Assembly: GCF_001194135.2 (NCBI RefSeq)
Contig: NC_068989.1
Location: 69,409,607 to 69,460,009 of the forward strand
Length of the DNA stretch: 50,403 nt
Origin: Octopus bimaculoides
Lineage: Eukaryota
Direction: 5' to 3'
Below are positions 45,180-50,403 of this stretch, in pieces. Within the stretch, counting starts at the first letter, position 1; every line of letters starts with the position of its first letter. The position numbers and the translations under genes were made by a program. The notes under the pieces were generated by a model. It was not told the origin of the DNA, did not search any database, and saw nothing but the letters and a program-made list of their open reading frames with translations.

Positions 45180-45954
45180 NNNNNNNNNNNNNNNNNNNNN
45201 NNNNNNNNNNNNNNNNNNNNNNNNNNNNNNNNNNNNNNNNNNNNNNNNNNNNNNNNNNNNNNNNNNNNNNNNNNNNNNNNNNNNNNNNNNNNNNNNNNNN
45301 NNNNNNNNNNNNNNNNNNNNNNNNNNNNNNNNNNNNNNNNNNNNNNNNNNNNNNNNNNNNNNNNNNNNNNNNNNNNNNNNNNNNNNNNNNNNNNNNNNNN
45401 NNNNNNNNNNNNNNNNNNNNNNNNNNNNNNNNNNNNNNNNNNNNNNNNNNNNNNNNNNNNNNNNNNNNNNNNNNNNNNNNNNNNNNNNNNNNNNNNNNNN
45501 NNNNNNNNNNNNNNNNNNNNNNNNNNNNNNNNNNNNNNNNNNNNNNNNNNNNNNNNNNNNNNNNNNNNNNNNNNNNNNNNNNNNNNNNNNNNNNNNNNNN
45601 NNNNNNNNNNNNNNNNNNNNNNNNNNNNNNNNNNNNNNNNNNNNNNNNNNNNNNNNNNNNNNNNNNNNNNNNNATATGGGTGTATGATGACGGAAACATT
45701 TACAGCCTTTTCCCCTCCACGTAGAAAGACAAAATAAAAATAAAAAAGTAAAAGAAAAAAAAACAAAGTTGAAAAAAATGTTCTTCATTAACCAGGACTA
45801 ATGCTTATGTTTTCTTTATACGAGTTTAAATATAGAACTGTACCAGTTATTTAAATACTTCTGTATTTAGCTTTCACGCGTGCATTTATCAGAGTTCATA
45901 CGCGCGCGCTCACACACACACACACACATACATACACGCGCACCATTTTCTTCA

Positions 45955-46140
45955 AGAATGCACACATTGTTTATATCTTGAGGAGGAAGAGCTGTGATGC
46001 TGTAGCACTAAACCCAGAACAGTATCTCCCTTGCAACCTCTGTGGCTGAAGATATCTTTCTGCCTTGTATTGACCTTGTCATTCATCAGCGAGTTTGCAG
46101 CCAATCTACAAAGCCTTATTGTTGAATTTTCGTTCATGAA
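45955..46140 (-). pseudogene. Decayed CR1/L2-like RT remnant
   Basis: Frameshifted SSATEVA..GDTVLGLVL..LP..INNVC resembling SS..V.SGVPQGSVLGP.LF. Confidence 0.3.
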
Positions 46141-46300
46141 GTCATGTAATTTAATTGTGTCTCTTTACATTTTGAGTTAAATCTCTGCCTTACCATCATT
46201 CCAAGGCAGATATAATTAAGTCATTTCTCAATAGCTGTTGTTAATAAGACTCATTTTTCCCTCTCTTAAAATTTATGCCCTTGTTTCTTCTCTACCAATT

Positions 46301-46341
<41 letters not shown>

Positions 46342-46384
46342 TATCATCATCATCATCATCATTACCATCCTACTTTATAAAAAT

Positions 46385-46790
46385 GTTATATCTTCCATAT
46401 TCTCCATGCTCTTGAGGATTCAGTGCAGTTCGGAAAGACATGTTGTTTGATTGCTAGATGACCATATTCCAAAAATTCTTCTGTATGGCCAACAAGTAGA
46501 GGGATTTTGCAGTAAAAGAAGACCCCCCTGCAAAGGTATAAGAATAAGTTGAAACAATCATTAAAATCCCTACAATTCAATGTAACAACTTGGGAAAGTG
46601 GTATAAAATGTGTCATGATGCATCTAAAAAATTTGTGTTGAAGAAACAAAACAATAAAAGAAATTTATCCTGTAATCAACAGACATGTGTTCAATCCCAG
46701 GCAAAATCGAAATCATCATATTTGCTTTGTGGTTTCATAGCAAAATCCACACTTGGATTCAAATTACATTCACACATCCATTGCAAATAA
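46385..46790 (+). pseudogene. Old RTE (BovB-like) C-terminal remnant with a terminal C2H2-like motif
   Basis: SIFSMLL...HVV..DDHIPKILLYG...LCGFIAKSTLGFKLHSHIH. Confidence 0.6.
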
Positions 46791-46899
46791 CTGCAGCTTC
46801 TTTTCTTTAATCCTTTTGTTATATATTTTTAAAATTATTAATCCTTTCCTTCAAATATTCATAGATAAAAATCGATGTGAGTGACTATCATCATATGCA

Positions 46900-47440
46900 T
46901 TCTCTATCAGGACTCTTATGTAAAACCTTTCTTTACTTCTCTGATAGTGTTTTACATAGAATATGATACGTCCCAGGGGAAGGTTCCCAGGCATTTCTGT
47001 TATTCTGTAACCTGCTTTACAACTCTGAGTACTTGTATAATGACTGTGCCATTCTTGTGTCCATTTTCCACATTCTTGCTATTTCAATCTTCAGAATGTT
47101 TATGCATGGACAGTTTTGCAATATAGCCTTTACAAACATGTTATTTTCATATGGGCAAGTCATACTAATAAGTGTACAAAAGATCACACTATTTTCATTT
47201 TCTATCATAGTCTCTGGGACAAACTTATGCCATATTTTTTTCGACAACTGGGGTATTAATATCTTTATAAATTTTCCGTCATGTTTTCTGATATATTCTG
47301 ATGCAGCCAGTGTGAAGCATCCAGCTAATATGTGACTTTTTACATATGTACTATTGTGGCTTATACTCTGCTTCAAAAACATTCTCCAGTAGTGTTTAGT
47401 TGGGACACATTGGTCTTGAACCACAATTATCAAACCTTTT
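46900..47440 (-). pseudogene. Decayed R4/Dong-like remnant
   Basis: VQDQCVPTKHY...HILAGCFTLAASEYIRKHD...HKFVPETMIENEN...LKIEIARMWKMDT. Confidence 0.75.
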
Positions 47441-47594
47441 GTCTTTTCACTGAGCTATGAGCATTGAAACCAGATATGGTTCTGTTTGTTTCAATCCAAT
47501 TTATTTAAGTATTTTGTGAATTGTCCATGAAAAGCTTTTACTTCTTACTGCATTCATTTTTTTGGTTTTTCTGTTTGAATTCTTTCTTAAATTT

Positions 47595-47690
47595 GTTAAC
47601 CCTTTTAACACTGACCAACCTGAGACTCCCTGTACTAAAGTGGTCATATTTAAATTAAAATCTCAATCAAAATCACATCATTATATGAAT
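47595..47690 (+). mobile_element. P2 MITE 5' fragment
   Basis: ttaaccctttt..accaacctgagac. Confidence 0.5.
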
Positions 47691-48448
47691 AGTGTAATGA
47701 GATTTTAATTGGCCAATATCAACATTATATACACAGTACATAAAATTACAGATATTTTACAAAGTCTCTCCAAAATCTTGTTGATATAGAAAATTTATTG
47801 AACCACTCATTTGAATGAATAAGGAACTTACTTATTAGAAACACAGTCTTGTTTGTATATATCTCTTCTGCAGTGTGTTTAGTGCTAAGTATTTCTCATG
47901 TGATATTTTCAGGAATATGTGACTAGAATAGTTAATTTCTATAAAACATTTCTGTGCTTCTTTGTATTTTGTTGAGCACAACCTTTGGTTTGTTTTGCAA
48001 CTTCTCAGCATAGAATGTTTTTTTTTTTATGAAGCAAATGCATAGTCCAAATGAATTAGTTTTTTTATGTATCATCTCAAGTTGTGCCAGACTTTCCCCC
48101 AGAGGTCATGTAACACACACAGTGTGTGTCAACATTTGGGACATATAGTATAAATTTTGTTAACAATTTTGTTGGTTTTGTGTCTAGTATTTTTCTTCTT
48201 TTTGCTCTTGTATATTCTAGTTCATCACAGTAAAACTGTAGCTTGCTACTAGGCTTGTTTATTACTATTATTATTTTATGTTTGACTTTTGCTTTACATT
48301 TGTACAAGTGGCTCCAAGTCTTATCCACAGACCTCAAGAGACAACAAGTTAGAAGTTCATGTTGGTGTTATGCTTAGTGTGCCATATATTTGGTTTTTTT
48401 GTACAAAGTGTTGTTCAAGAGAATGTTTAAGAAACCATAAGAAATTAT

Positions 48449-48449
<1 letters not shown>

Positions 48450-48515
<66 letters not shown>
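48450..48515. repeat. (TAC)n microsatellite directly 5' of a SINE B
   Basis: Direct reading. Confidence 0.95.
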
Positions 48516-48516
<1 letters not shown>

Positions 48517-48727
48517 AGGCGGCAAGCTGGCAGAATTGTTAGCATGCTGGACGAAATGCTTAGTGGTATTTTGTTTGCCACTATGTTCTGAGTTCAAATT
48601 CCACGAAGGTCAACTTTACCTTTCATCCTTTTGGAATCGATAAATTAAGTACCAGTTCAGTACTGGGGTTGATATAATCGACTTACCCCTTCCCCAAATT
48701 TCAGGCCTTGTACCTATATTAGAAAGG

Positions 48728-48765
<38 letters not shown>
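48515..48765 (+). mobile_element. SINE family B with (ATT)n tail
   Basis: aaggcggcaagctggcagaa...gagttcaaattcc...(att)n. Confidence 0.88.
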
Positions 48766-48767
<2 letters not shown>

Positions 48768-49086
48768 GCTTGACTTTTGTTTTGTATTTGTACAAGTTGA
48801 CTCCAAGTCTCACTCAGAGACAAGTTAGAAGTTCAAACTGGTGTTATGACTAGGGTTCCCCCTTCCCTAAGATTCCAGGCTTTGTGCCTATAGCAGAAAA
48901 TATTATTATAAAATTGCTTGAGTTTTAGATAAACTACTTTGCAGTATTTGTTCCATTTAAATTTTTTTGTTATAAATCTTTCCCCACTGAAACTCCCATG
49001 CATTCACTTCTTCCCACAAACATCATATCATACTTTCTCACTTCACAGTTTTGTTTGATCTTGCTTTTGTGAAAAACCTTTCTTCT

Positions 49087-49268
49087 TTAATCCTTTAGTA
49101 TTCAGATTACTTTATCAAATGTAATGCTTATTTATTCACATTGTTTTGAATTAATCATGCATTATATATAGCACAGCTTTGAGATTTTGATACTGTAATT
49201 ATTCATTTTTAGAATGACATTGTAGGATAGATGTGAGAAGCCAAATCTGGCTAGTTTAAGAGTAAAAC
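49087..49268 (-). mobile_element. P1 MITE, partial
   Basis: Reverse complement of the P1 body. Confidence 0.72.
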
Positions 49269-49454
49269 AAGTAGAATTGTTGGGCCAGATGTGGTTACAG
49301 ATGTGTGTATTCCTTGAAATTAGTTGCATTCATCACTGTGGTTTATGTCCAAGCATTAAAACTACAATAACTAAAACCACAACATTATTCTCCTTCACAT
49401 TCCTGTATCCTCACTCTACAAGGACTTCAAAACGTCTATGTGCACTTATTACTT

Positions 49455-49650
49455 ACTCTTTTAAAACAATGCTTTGTTTCAATTAATTTTGAAAATAATG
49501 AAGAATTTAGTTAATTAACTTTGTCGTTATTAAGCTGACATTTGGAACATAAATTAGCATGAAATTTTGATGGTAGGTTTTAATGTATATCATTTTAAGA
49601 CAAGAAATTTGTATCATAGAACCAAGGATGGTTTCAGGTAAATTGGTCAT
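49455..49650 (-). mobile_element. P2 MITE, partial
   Basis: Reverse complement of the P2 body. Confidence 0.7.
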
Positions 49651-50072
49651 AGGAAGCTAAACTATTAAAAAATGCAATTCTGGAATGTTCATGACATCTT
49701 ATTCAATGCTAAACTAGGTTAGTCACTCATAAATTTTCAGAAAAATCCTCTAAATGGCTGTTAGATTTCCTGTTTAGTTTTTCTCTCCTGAAAGTTATTT
49801 AAAATTATTGTTGGGAATCAGTAGAATGTAATATTAAACAATTAAGCTTGTTACTTTAGAGTATCTGGTATATCACTTTTTAGTTTTGCAACCAAACCTT
49901 CCCAGGGGTGACTTTTGTTTTCAACTTTAGAGTAATTGATATAAAATTGATGAAACGAGTTCAAGTGTAGTTAGCACACACATACACATTCATACCCAAA
50001 TACATTTATATATATGTATATTTATATTTATACAAACACACACATACATACATTTGTATGCATTTATATATA

Positions 50073-50114
<42 letters not shown>

Positions 50115-50403
50115 AGTACGTGTGTGTATGTATGTATGTATACAAACACATAAAAGAAACAGCCTCCATCCACTCAAGGATGTCACTACTATTATTATTA
50201 TTATTATGATTATCATCATCGTCATCATCATTATTATTGTTTTATTATTTATTTGAAATATCAGTTTTATTTTGGCTAGACTTAATTGATAGCAGTTTTC
50301 TAGCCATTCTGATGCATAAGAATTGCCTTGCAAAAAAATAAAAAAATAAATAAAATATCTGTCTGTTAGTGGTATATGTATGTATGTGTGTGTATATATA
50401 TAT

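Noticed and set aside
703-50333. Dozens of ORFs with YIYI, CVCV, HTHT, poly-I, poly-M or poly-L runs
   Set aside because: They are translations of di- and trinucleotide microsatellites

Overview
AT-rich eukaryotic genomic DNA from a gapped draft assembly (about 15 N runs). It is saturated with microsatellites and mobile elements, and the repeat complement looks like a coleoid cephalopod, most likely Octopus (inferred from recalled repeat families, not verified). There is no intact long ORF, rRNA, true tRNA or CRISPR array. Identifiable elements: several RTE LINE fragments, one with a PHD-type C4HC3 finger inside the RT; three R4/Dong-like restriction-like-endonuclease retrotransposon remnants, one flanked by (TAA)n on both sides; Penelope-like remnants, one with a degenerate hammerhead-like motif; two maT (DD37D) copies; one full-length decayed mariner; a 1045-bp gag-only Gypsy LTR element with a perfect 5-bp TSD; two TTAA-ended MITE families; a hairpin MITE; a foldback element; a Helitron-like tandem pair; and at least five SINE families, including a modular head/microsatellite/tail system. 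Six small + strand segments (17101-38647) have phase-compatible splice junctions and join into a 136-aa open frame ending in TGA plus AATAAA, suggesting the window lies largely inside the large introns of an unidentified gene. I found no clear-cut new multi-gene system. The best leads are the hidden exon chain, the PHD-in-RT RTE, tail-swapping SINEs and microsatellite-targeted retrotransposition. Coordinates of old repeats are approximate, by eye.
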